Shown: positions 13,514 through 24,383 of the stretch, piece after piece | How the letters are laid out: every line of letters begins with the position of its first letter | Position numbering within the stretch: position 1 is the first letter of the stretch | NCBI GenBank assembly: GCA_002189035.1 | Contig: CM007991.1 | Location: forward strand, 2,604,001-2,668,000 | DNA: 64,000 bases | Source: Utricularia gibba | Taxonomy: Eukaryota > Plantae > Magnoliophyta | Reading direction: 5' to 3' | Position numbers and translations under genes: made by a program | The notes under the pieces: model-generated | Seen by the model: the letters and a program-made list of their open reading frames with translations, nothing else | Told to the model about the DNA's origin: nothing | Database searches by the model: none

Positions 13514-14770
13514 TCATGGATCGGCTTCTCCAACCACGGCGTCACCATCAGAGTCACATTCATCTTCTTCGCTCAGCTCCTCATCACTAACATTCTCCTC
13601 CGGGGAGACCCCAATATCTTCTGGTTTGGCGTACTTTAGACAATACTCTGGTAATCAAAAAACATATCCCAAAGGTGACTCCTATTGCTGTCAACTGTGA
13701 CAACTTAAACTTTCAAGAATTGTGATTTCAGAGCGTTTGGTACCTTTGACTTTCTGCTCGTATGCAGCCCGGTCGCGCATCATTAGTGTTGCAGCGTCCC
13801 CATTCAGTGGATCGGATGGATTGGGATACAGGAGAAGTTGAGGCAAGAACACCTCAAACACATTCACCAGGTCTGTTAATTTTCAGATTAGAGCAGCTCA
13901 TCATGGAATGAAAAAAAGGTACTTGAGGGAGGATGATGAAAGGGGATTATCTATGTGAGGCATACCGAACATTGGACTCCATGTCTGGTTAATCACGTCC
14001 AAGCAAACAGAGCCTGACCTGGAATTCAGCCAAGAAGATAATGCATCAAAGTGAAGAATCCAAAGCATGGATGGGGACATGAGAAACCGAAACTCGCCTC
14101 TCATCGACGTTGGGGTGATAAATCTTGTTGGTGAATCCGATGGATGGAGATTTATATGGGTAGGCATCAGGCATTTCCACCCTTACTTTCCAAACGCCAC
14201 CCTGGTAAGGGCCTGCAATAATTTTCCAGCAGAAAGGCCAACAACAAGAATACCGTGTCAACAAGAGAGAGTCCACAAGAGTATCTAGCTAATACTTTGG
14301 AAAACAAAAGCCATCATTGAATTTAGAAACAAAAAGCCAATTCATTTCTCGTGTAGGGAATCCATAAATGTTGCGTAACAGTTCCTCCAAACAGCAGAAA
14401 AACTAAAATACACTGGTTCTAATAAAATAATGCAACTGGGAAAGAAACACACGAGACAGTAGAAACAAACAACGAACAATAAGGCCAATATATAGAGAGT
14501 GCAGAGAAATTTACTGTCGTTGGGTCCATGGAAATGGACAAAGAACTCTTGAGTGCCATCATTGATCATCTCAACTTTGTAATCACTCATCATCCTAGAC
14601 GAAATGAAACAAAAAGAAAAATTCTTCAAACCCCAGAAAATAAATGAAGACCTTCGCTCGAGAATAGGAAATATAACTCCAGATCATGAAACTCGGAAAA
14701 GAAAACGACCCAGTTCAGAGACCGTACAATTTCATCAAATCCATATCACGCCTCTTGCTTGGGAAGACAT
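13514..14770 (-). CDS. UBC5: Ubiquitin-conjugating enzyme E2, UBC4/5/6 (UBE2H) type, 6 exons; apparent 1-nt deletion in exon 1
   Basis: [34 protein letters not shown], active-site [17 protein letters not shown], acidic tail. Exon 1 is 43 nt where [15 protein letters not shown] needs 44. The intron at 14097-14019 has a GC donor. Confidence 0.93.
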
Positions 14771-15366
14771 GTTTTTCTTTTTGCTTCGAGATACACGGAA
14801 ATATTTTCACGTTTGAAGGGATAGAAAACTCTGGGCGCTGATCTGATGCTGCGGTATTCTAACACGGAAGCCCAGATAGAGGATTAGAAGGAGAGAGAGA
14901 AAGAGAGAGGAGAAGACGAGAAGGGGAAATGGGCTTTCCGTATCCTGTGATGGCGTAGCGTGTACATGTTGGATCGGCAAGGCATTTTATACTCATGTTT
15001 TCACCAAACCCAGTCAATGAACTTCAAATAAATATTCAATCCTATTTTTGTAATTAATTTCATATATAAAGTTTACTGTTTCATTATTTTAAATATTTGA
15101 AACAAATACAGAAAGCCTGTTGGGGGTCATGCATACTGATGCCCTGAAGGTGGAGAAGAACACCAAATATGCAGAATGTGATACTTGGGATTAAAAACAA
15201 GGTTGCATTCTGATGTTGATTACATAAAACTAGGCATCTTCCATACATCTATCATCCTCATATACAGATATAAATCCTTTAAAAGAACAAGAAAAAAACA
15301 CATACTGTAAGCTCCACAAGATCACCAAGCATTCACTGATGTCACGCAGATTTATATGCATCTGGA

Positions 15367-16716
15367 TTACTTGCTGTAGTTTGAACTGGCCATCGGCAAC
15401 TGTGTCCAACCTTGATGACCTCCTCTTTGCTTGTGCAGGAGAAGTATCAGCAAGCAAATTGCAGCAATCAGGGGCAATAAAACACATAAACGCCTCAAAT
15501 GCATTCTCCCTATTACATGACCTGCACTGACATCTCCATCAAAGCTGCTCATTGTGTTGTTCATCTTCCATATCTCAACCCCATTAAGAATGGCGACAAC
15601 ACCTTTAGGCAAGCTTATCTTTGATGGCCCTACACCCACTACTATGTTGTCTGAACTCTTGGCATCAACAACAAAATCAGCGTAGAAAGGTGAAGCCAAC
15701 TGTCCACCCGTGACATCTGATAAATCCATATTCTCATAAGCCAAGTTCCCATTTAGATAAATATTGAAGTAGAGGGAGTTTAGGGAGATGCTTGCTATAT
15801 CACAGAAATGCATCCTTATCATGTATTTGTAACCCTTCTGTACATCAAATGACCATGTTATGTTTTCGTTGGGAACAGAAGGGGCAGATCTTTTTAGCAC
15901 TCTTGCTGAGTTGTATACATTATCAGGAGCGACTTCTCTACTTGCTCCACCATCACGGTAATTTATATGGCCACTAAAATGTAATGGTTGGGAGCCCCCA
16001 TCTCCGATCAGGTACTCATCATCCACCACCCATGTTCTCCACAACGAATCATTAAAAGGAGTCAGCTTGAAGCCTCCCATATTCACCCTGTACACAGCTT
16101 CAAACCCACTTCTCAGCAATCCGTAAATCCTCTCATTCACGTCAACATCGATAAATTGTGCAACATCAGAAATCAAACCCCTAGGAGTAGAGATCACTTC
16201 AATAGCGTTCACAAAACTCATTTTCGAGTCCCCAGATGGCACTAACGAAACTTTGATCTCCTTCGAAACAACCGGGATGACAAACTCCTTAATCACCGGT
16301 AAGCTAAAGCTCCTAGGAATACTAAAGTTACCCAACAGCAGAAACCCATTCGCCACAACATGAAATTCAGCCTCAAACAAACTATAAAATTCAGTTTCAA
16401 ACGGATAAAAATGCAAGCGCACCGTGTGCTGAACTCCACGATTTACAATCGGGAACACGTAACTTCCGCGACGGTTGAAGATCCTGGCAGTAGAATACAA
16501 CGGAGAGATACCGGATTCCGTAGCTTGCAGGTCGAAACCATGCCGCGTGAGGGGGTCAGATGTGAAAACTCGGCGGTCGGCATCTAAGGTCCCCGCGGCG
16601 GCGGAACCGCAGTTCACGAGGTAGAGATCGCCGCAGAATGCTGGAGCAGCGAAGAGGAGCGATGTTGAGAACAACAAAGCAAGATGCGGGAGCATTTTGA
16701 TCGTCACCATTGCCAT
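15367..16716 (-). CDS. Malectin-like (CrRLK1L-type ectodomain) single-pass membrane protein without kinase domain, 449 aa
   Basis: Signal peptide, YLVNCGS, YSTARIF, FVNAIEV, YRVNMGG, LWRTW, YMIRMHFCDI, AILNGVEIWKM, then a TM segment, a short tail of about 20 aa and a stop. No kinase sequence lies downstream. Confidence 0.88.
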   Translation of the reverse strand: MAMVTIKMLPHLALLFSTSLLFAAPAFCGDLYLVNCGSAAAGTLDADRRVFTSDPLTRHGFDLQATESGISPLYSTARIFNRRGSYVFPIVNRGVQHTVRLHFYPFETEFYSLFEAEFHVVANGFLLLGNFSIPRSFSLPVIKEFVIPVVSKEIKVSLVPSGDSKMSFVNAIEVISTPRGLISDVAQFIDVDVNERIYGLLRSGFEAVYRVNMGGFKLTPFNDSLWRTWVVDDEYLIGDGGSQPLHFSGHINYRDGGASREVAPDNVYNSARVLKRSAPSVPNENITWSFDVQKGYKYMIRMHFCDIASISLNSLYFNIYLNGNLAYENMDLSDVTGGQLASPFYADFVVDAKSSDNIVVGVGPSKISLPKGVVAILNGVEIWKMNNTMSSFDGDVSAGHVIGRMHLRRLCVLLPLIAAICLLILLLHKQRGGHQGWTQLPMASSNYSK

Positions 16717-17464
16717 AGGAGCGAAACCTCCGTCCGCCCTTCCAAAAAGAAGAATTTACTCGCCATCAAAGCGCGTGGACCACACCAACAAATATCGCGA
16801 TCACCCAAATTTGCATTGCCAGCCAGGCCAGGCCAGCCGTTACTTTCAAATCTAATTTCTTGGCCCAATAATCTTTGAGGCCCAAGCCCAAATGTCAACG
16901 CCGTTGAGAGTAACTCAATTCAACACGCCTCTTTAGACGACGTGCCTGCTTGTCTATTGAATGTAACCCAAGAAATTGCCGCTCTTAATTCAACGCGCTT
17001 ACGCGTCTACTTTTCTCCCCCGACAGATTTAAAAGTACTGGTGTTTTAGGGTTTTCATCATCAGTTGCAACCGCTTCCGCTGCGGCGAGAGGATCGTCCC
17101 GTTGACCTCGGTGAGTTTTCTTTTGAATTTCATTGCCCTAGATTTCCGTGATTGTGAGGGTGCATGCTCCATGTTTGTTGGTTCATGATGTTCCTTGACA
17201 TGTCTTGGGAGGCGTTTTTATGTTGTGATGTCCTGCGCTCTCGAAATCTTCCAGAAGATTTGAAATTTTCACTGCGAGGTTGAAGTGCATGTCTGGACTC
17301 TTCGATATGGTTTTATTAGAGGTTACTTTAGTTTCTGCTGACGCGTGATCCATGGCTGTCTCTCGATCACGGTTGTATCGTATGCTACATGTATGCTGCG
17401 TTTTTTTTCATTATCTTATGTTCGTTGCCTCCTTTCTTGCTCGTGCAGATATTCTGTTACCAAC

Positions 17465-18526
17465 ATGACTCATGCACAACAGACGCATAAGGCTTTTATG
17501 TCTTTCGGAAATCCATTTCGTGTGAGATCATCAAGAGGGTCACAGATGCCTCAAAAGTTCGTCTCCTTATTGGATTCATTTGAGGAGTCTTTGGATAGGA
17601 GGATAAGAGAGCTTAAACCTGAAAGAAGGGAAGACGTCCTTCCGTTATCATGGATGACTTTGGCAATGCGCTCGCTGTGTGAGGTTTATTCTGATGCCAT
17701 AAAACTAATGACTGCCCTGGAGCTGCCTGTTTCGGACTGGGATGACAACTGGGTTGAAGTTTACTTGAACAATAGTGTGAAGTTGCTTGATATTTGCAAT
17801 GCATTCACCTCCGAGATTTCTCGTCTGAAGCAGAGCCACCTCTTCCTAAGATGTGCCTTGCATAACTTGGATGGTGGCTTCCAAAAGCATGTGCAGGCAT
17901 GTTCCTCCTTAGAAGCGTGGAGGCAGCAGATTAATAAAAAGAATCCTAGACTCGAGGACTGCTTCAACATCATGGATGCACTAGTGTTCATGCTTGACCT
18001 TCCTAAAGTCAAGAACTCTACCAAAGGGAAAGTTCTGATGAGAGCCATGTATGGTGTTAAAGTGCTAGCTGTTGCGATATGCAACATATTTGCCGTCGCA
18101 TTGTCCGCTTCACCCAGCAAGTTAACTGACCTACAAGTCTCGGACACATACTTATGGTCAGTTGCTTTTACTGATCTCCAGAACTTTTTAAACTTGGAGA
18201 TTAGAAACTCATACTTGGGTGGGAGTGCCACGGTGCTCAAGGAGCTAGAAGCAGTTGATGTTGGTGTAAAGAAGATACACTCGGTTCTGAAGAACGAGTT
18301 CAACTTCTCCAAAGATGAAGCATTACCAATCCTCACCTCAGAGTTGAGGGAGTCATCAGAAAAATTTTCCCGAGAATTGCATCAACTGAACGAGGAGGTA
18401 GACGGATTCTTCAAGGTGGTTCTGGAAGGGCGTGATACCCTCCTAATGTCAACCTTCGGAGTTAGTGATATTCTCTGCAACAAAGCTGGGAGTATTAACA
18501 GAAAAAATACCCTCATGGCGAGATGA
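17465..18526 (+). CDS. BPS1: BYPASS1-like (DUF793) protein
   Basis: SFGNPF, LSWMTLAM, LELPVSDWDDNWVEVYLNNSVKLLDICNAFTSEISRL. Intronless CDS from ATG 17465, after a likely 5'UTR intron (GTGAGT near 17111, acceptor near 17449). Confidence 0.9.
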   Translation: MTHAQQTHKAFMSFGNPFRVRSSRGSQMPQKFVSLLDSFEESLDRRIRELKPERREDVLPLSWMTLAMRSLCEVYSDAIKLMTALELPVSDWDDNWVEVYLNNSVKLLDICNAFTSEISRLKQSHLFLRCALHNLDGGFQKHVQACSSLEAWRQQINKKNPRLEDCFNIMDALVFMLDLPKVKNSTKGKVLMRAMYGVKVLAVAICNIFAVALSASPSKLTDLQVSDTYLWSVAFTDLQNFLNLEIRNSYLGGSATVLKELEAVDVGVKKIHSVLKNEFNFSKDEALPILTSELRESSEKFSRELHQLNEEVDGFFKVVLEGRDTLLMSTFGVSDILCNKAGSINRKNTLMAR

Positions 18527-18753
18527 AAGAGGCGAAGAACGAATTTTTTCAACTGTAAACTTGGAAATTGTGTTGAAATAGCCCCACTATGTAACTTCTC
18601 AATGATTTTTATGTATCTTTTAGGCTTATGGGAATGAAATCTTGGTGTCTTGAAGGCGTCAAACCAAAAAAAAAAAGTAAAACTCATGGTCTGATGCATC
18701 TTTCAGCTCTGCTGTGCATCACCATGGTTTCTAAGCTTGGAGAACAAATTCCC

Positions 18754-20491
18754 TCAGAAGTGTCTCTCGAACCCAAGAGTGCAACTCTGCAACTCAACTG
18801 CCTCAACCTCCAGGCTCTCCGACGGAGTATCGCACATCCCGACGCCGCCGGCGTCCTGCTCCGGCAGCTGCTCACACGATGGTGGAACCACCCCACTCGT
18901 CACCCCCTGCACATCACTGCACACCCATGGATACTTCTTCGCCTTCTGCGCCATTCCAATCGTCACATTAGACATACATATTCCCTTGAAAGTATCCCCA
19001 GCTATGCCTTCCAGTCTCCCTGCCATTGACACATTCTCCGCCACGATGTCCCGATAGTTGATCCCGCTTATCTCCGGCATGGCGGTCGGATCGTAGTTGC
19101 TGTCAGCGTGAGACTTGTAGTTTCCATTGATCAAAAACACCCACTTCATCGTATGCAAGTTCATTCCCTTCACGTACACATCCTTCACGTAGCCACCTCT
19201 TCCAATTGCCGTCTTGATCCTCACCCCTGACTCTGTATCTACGGCCGTGATATCTTGCGCTCTCACGTCCTGAATCCCACCGGACATCTCGCTGCCCAGT
19301 GCGATCGCCGCGCTGTACGGCGAAACGCATGTCAGCCGCCGGATGACAAGGTGCTTGGTCGGCATGCCATAGCTGATGCCATACTCGTCCCACCCGCTTT
19401 TCACGGCGATGCAATCGTCGCCGGAGACTATGTAGTTGTCCTCGATCCGTGTGTTGGTGCAAGAATCTAAGACCAGAGAAGGTATCTTTAATCCATGCTC
19501 GATGCCCAAATGGTACAGCTTCTTAGCTAAAGGAAAGATGACCTGGGTTGATCCCGTCAGTGTTTGGAGAAGTCACCGGAGCCAAAATGGTAAGCCCACG
19601 GATGATCACATTGCTGCAAGCAGTCGTGAATAAAATTACAGAACAGTGAAATCTTGGGTCTTTACGAAATTTACCCACCTGGAGTAAACAGGATGCACAT
19701 TCCATGATGGAGAATTCACAAGTGTTAGATTGGAGATCTGTATGCCATCTGAATGCATTATCTCTATCAGGTAAGGCCTGGTGTACTTGAGCTTGCTTCT
19801 GTGGAACTGCTGCCACCAGAGCTCTCCTTGGCCATCAATGGTTCCATTTTCACCTTAACCCACAGTCAAGATTTCAGCTTCACATTCTTGAAGATGTGTG
19901 GAACCAAGAGAAGATGTTACCGGTGATGACAACATCAGTTAAATTGGATCCAAAGATGAGGCTGATGTATCTTCCTCCAGGCGCATCTCTTCCATGGCCA
20001 TAAGATGGCAAGGGATCCACCACAGGCCAAGAACTTATCATCTGTGCTGGTTCTGATTAGCAACTTCACAAAATCTCCATTGCTGTAAAAGAGATAGACA
20101 GACAGACCTGGGAAGCAAGAAGCACAGCATCTCTGTGGAGAAACAGGGTGAAATGGCTGGTGAGATTGAAGCTTCCAGTAAGCCATTTTCCAGGGGGGAC
20201 GAAAAGCTGAGCTCCACCATCAGAAGCAAACTGGCTGAGATGATCCACTGCTGATTGAAAAGCAGCTGTGTTGAGTGTGGTGCCATCACCAACACCTCCG
20301 AAATCAAGAATGGATGCAGTGTGGGAACGGCAGTTGATTGCAGAGTATCCCAAGGACTCGTAGATCCTGCTGCCTTTTCTGCAAGCAACCTCGTTCACTC
20401 CCAGCCCCAGAACCACCAAAACCACCACGACCACGTTCATCATACTCCCTGGAGGAGGCCACAGAGCAATCAAAATGAACTGGAATAGCAT
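18754..20491 (-). CDS. Polygalacturonase (GH28), 5 exons; start could be 20491 or 20443
   Basis: DFGGVGDGTTLNTAAF, VPPGKWLTGSFNLTSH, SPNTDGINPDSC, GDDCIAVKSGWDEYG, GSEMSGG, RIKT. Confidence 0.92.
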
Positions 20492-21047
20492 TCAGATATG
20501 ATGCAGCTCCACCATGGGCAGCTCCATATATAGGAGAGACCATAGAAGCTGGACGGTTAAAGTTTCAGAATATCACAAAATTCTACCACTCACCTTTCGG
20601 TTGCAACAAGAGTTCTGGTTGGGCAGCCCGCTTATTATAATGCAATACGATAGTGGGCACGCCACTTTAGGAAGGAGTGAGTGCCTGAGATTAGTTTTCA
20701 AAGAACCCACGATCACTGAACTAACTCTTCATCCGTCACCACCTTTGGAGTGAAGAAAGGGGGAGGGTGAAGAGACAGATGATGGAAGCTGTAGCACTTC
20801 AGTCACAGCATCGTGCATTATGCATGATACATCTAATAACCGGGACTATTACAAAATTCTGAGTAAATCTCTGAAAGCCATGAGACTGGCTGCTTGTGTC
20901 GCCCGTGAGCTCCAGAGCTGAGGACTGGCCAGAGGCCCACTCCTTCACGGGTGGAACCAACCAAATCCACAGAGCAAGAAAGCAAAAACCACGTCATATT
21001 TTTCTTTTTTTTATTTGGAAAAACATTTTCAAAAAAATAAAATGTCT

Positions 21048-21370
21048 TCAAGGAAATTTTGATTTCGGTCCGTTTTTCTGGGGCCGAAATCCGAATTGAA
21101 AAGTTGGAAATGTTTTCACTACCCATACTACGTGGGAGGTGTGTGGGCCTTGTATCTCAATAGTAGTCGTGTACCCGCCGCCACCGCCCCCGTGCCCCGG
21201 CGTGTAGCACTTATCGGGACACGTGAGTCTCCTCCGGTAGCACGGTCCCTTCTCTCTGCACACCACGATCGATTTCACGATCCCGTGGGCGGACCGTACC
21301 CATACACAGGATCTATCTGGGGGGCGGCGGAGGACGGGAAAACCCAAGCGAGCAGCAGCAACGGAATCAT
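21048..21370 (-). pseudogene. Degenerate copy of the neighbouring secreted Gly/Cys-rich protein
   Basis: A signal-peptide frame (MIPLLLLAWVFPSSAAPQ) is joined by a -1 shift at 21287-21289 to IVVCREKGPCYRRRLTCPDKCY..GGGGGG. The terminal CTxDCxxxCxAxC is replaced by unrelated sequence. Confidence 0.6.
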
Positions 21371-21859
21371 CCATCGGTCTCATGATGCTGCTACTATCGC
21401 TCTTACTTTTTCCTTCTCAGAAGAAACAGGGTGATGCAACAATGCATTGAATTGGAGGGGGAGCATTCAATCGGAATAAATGGATGGAAAGCCGTTGAGA
21501 GAGCAAGCTAGCCTAGAGCACGTTCGCTTGATGACGACTTTTGACTTTCGTGGAGTCTGCAATTTGACACTCATCAACGTCTGTCCAAATCCAAAGAAAA
21601 ACCAACACTTGGTCGCATTTTCACATTACATCATTTGGGGTTCAATTATCCACACTGACTCCACCGCACGGCCAGTGACTGGGTTTCACAAAACGGGTGG
21701 AATGGCACAAGTGATAATTTCTTGTTTCAGTATACTTCTTTTGTTTTTCATCTGCTGATTGAAGTGAGGAACACAGTGGTATTTCTTTTATATGATTGAA
21801 GGTGTGGAAATAGCAAATTGAGACAAGCAACCAGAACTCGTTGCTTGACAGCATCCCCT

Positions 21860-22207
21860 TCAGCAGGACGCAGTGCAATTCTTGGAACAGTCGAAGGTGC
21901 AGCTACCCCCGCCGCCGCCGTACACGTACCCCTTCCCCTCTTTGCTGAATGAACCGAAGCAGCTGTCGGGACACGTCAGGTTCTTCTTGTAGCAGGGCCC
22001 CTCCTGATCGCACACCACGCTCGTGATAACGATCCCGCTGGGATCACCCAATCCCGGTATGCCGAACACTCCCCCCGGAGCCCCGAACCCGAAACTGGGA
22101 CCGTTCTCAGGCCCCGCGTCCGCCTGGGGTTCAGGGCGAGCGGCCATCAGGAATGCTGCCCCGAGCAGGAAGACAAGAGCGGCCAGCACTAGAGAAAAGG
22201 ATTTCAT
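21860..22207 (-). CDS. Secreted glycine-rich/cysteine-rich small protein (At4g21620-like family), 115 aa
   Basis: Signal peptide MKSFSLVLAALVFLL, Gly-rich stretch, then VVCDQEGPCYKKNLTCPDSCF..GGGGGSCTFDCSKNCTASC*. Confidence 0.8.
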   Translation of the reverse strand: MKSFSLVLAALVFLLGAAFLMAARPEPQADAGPENGPSFGFGAPGGVFGIPGLGDPSGIVITSVVCDQEGPCYKKNLTCPDSCFGSFSKEGKGYVYGGGGGSCTFDCSKNCTASC

Positions 22208-22781
22208 GACTCGTGTTTTCTTGTGGAGTGGATGAAGGGAGATGAGCTCTATATATACATGCAACGGGAAAGGAAGAGAGCAGCATTCAATCGAGCTGGC
22301 CCCCCCGCTTAACAGCAGTTGACTCTTGTGAGTCAAAAAAAGTCCACCCTTTCAAACACATCTGTACTATTATTACACTATTATTTTCCCAAAATAAATA
22401 TTTTAATATTATTATTTTCCCAAATAAGCTACAAATTCACAATAATACTCGCCAAAAATAACAATAATTTAGAAAAAAATTCAATTTTCGGATTTTATTA
22501 CGATAACTATAGCGTCTAACTAAAATTAGTTTATTGAAAGTTTTGGTCGCATTTTCACATACACAAATCAAATATTCACATTCATGTGACTCGGTCAACG
22601 CACATAATAAATGTACCGATAGCGCGTCACGTCATCATTATTTTTCATTTTTTAATTAATTAGGGGAAAATGAGAACACCGATTAAATACTTTTTTTCCT
22701 TTTTCTCATTTTCGACACACGTCATAGCCAGGCAGGCGGGGGTGATCGTGACGGTGGGCTGACGTGGCAAGCGCGCTTGGC

Positions 22782-23487
22782 TCACGTTCTTGATGCATTT
22801 GCGGAGGCGAGCGTCAGAATCACGTAACAAACTGCGCTCAAATAGCAAGTGGTTATCGCGTTCGTTGTTCTGCTACAGAACTTGGGGAAGTGGTTGCATA
22901 TCGCCATCCACCCCGTGTGCTCGTTCCCGTACTTCCCCAGAAGCCCGATCGCCGTCGACGCCGCGCACCCCGCCAGCAACACGTACCCCATGATCTTGTC
23001 AAACGCCATTCCAAGAGTTAGTTCCGGGAAACACACACACAGCACAGGTGTATAGAATTCAGGTACGGCGAAAGTGTACCAAGTCGAGGAAGAAGACGAG
23101 GAAATAGCGTTTCGGATCTACAGGCTTCGATGCGAGGACTAGAACGAGGAGCAGCGTCAGGATTGTGACCCCTACTGCCAAGAAATTCGCGACGACGAAG
23201 AACCTGAAAGAGATCACATCGAATCAGAGTAAAGAACTGAACCACTTCGTCATCGCACCGCAACTATTTCGGAGTCAAAAAATGAACGAATCGGATCACC
23301 TGAAAGAGGAATCGTAGCTGTACCGAGCGTCTGCCCAAATGCCGTAAACGTTTTCGGTGTCATTGTTGGTGACCATAAGCCATCCGGCGACGGCGGATGC
23401 GATGGTTGCGACGCTTCTAAGCACGATCTGAATTGAGAAGGTCAGTTTCCGGGAGGTTAGCGGCGGGTGCGCGGCGGGGGTGGCCAT
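22782..23487 (-). CDS. CASP-like protein, CASPL1F type, 3 exons
   Basis: QIVLRSVATIAS, ARYSYDSSFR|FFVVAN, FFLDL|IMGYVLLAGCAASTAIGLLGKYGNEHTGWMAICNHFPKFC. Four hydrophobic helices. Confidence 0.88.
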
Positions 23488-24383
23488 GGTGACGGTGTGC
23501 GCGAAACGGAATTGAAGTACTGAAGGAATCTTCTTAATTCCTCGTAAAAAGGAAGTAATAAATAAATAAGGATAATTTTCCCTAATTCTTTTTGATAAAT
23601 AGCAATATTGGTCCTTTTTTAATAAAATATAGTAATTTCCAAATTGCAATTGAATTGTTTTGGGAAATCGTTCTAATTCTGGATGGAAATGTTAAACTTC
23701 CATTGAAATTAATGGTGCCCAGAATTAGTAAATTTTATTTTATTTTTCAGAAAATCTGAGTTTATTTTAAATTTAAAATGTGGGTAGGCCCAATTTCATC
23801 TGGATAGAGAACCCACGGGAACGATCGAGAAGCCCAACAAGAAGGCCCTAAAGTTGGGATGCATTGGCGGCCTGATGTTGATCCGGCCCATGAGTGTGAA
23901 AATTTGCACGGTTGCACCAGATGCCGCCGCGCCGGAAGGTTCTTTCCCAAACCGATTTCAGGCATTTCGAGTGAAAGGGCATCGGGTGATCTGCAGTTTT
24001 GGCCTGCCCTGTGGCACAAAGTTTGCGGATCATTGGTATTGCTTATGTTGCCAGCAAAAGAAAGACGTGTCTTCGTTTAAGTTTCCCTAAAGACCTGTTT
24101 TTGTGAGCTTCCCAAGGTTTTCCACAGATACTTCTGATTTTTTGCGGTGCAATTCATGTTTTTTGGATTCCTGGAAGTTTAGATCTTGATTTCCGTTGCT
24201 GATTCTGTGTTTGTTACATTCAAGTGTTGATTGTTGTTGTTTTTCCAAGCTGGATTTCAGGCGGGGATGGATGATGTATGTTATATAGAAGCATCTTTTC
24301 CGAAGAATGGATTGGATTCCGGAAAATATGGGAGGAGTGAGTGTTACAGTTCATGATCCAGAAACAATGAAATGAAATGGATA

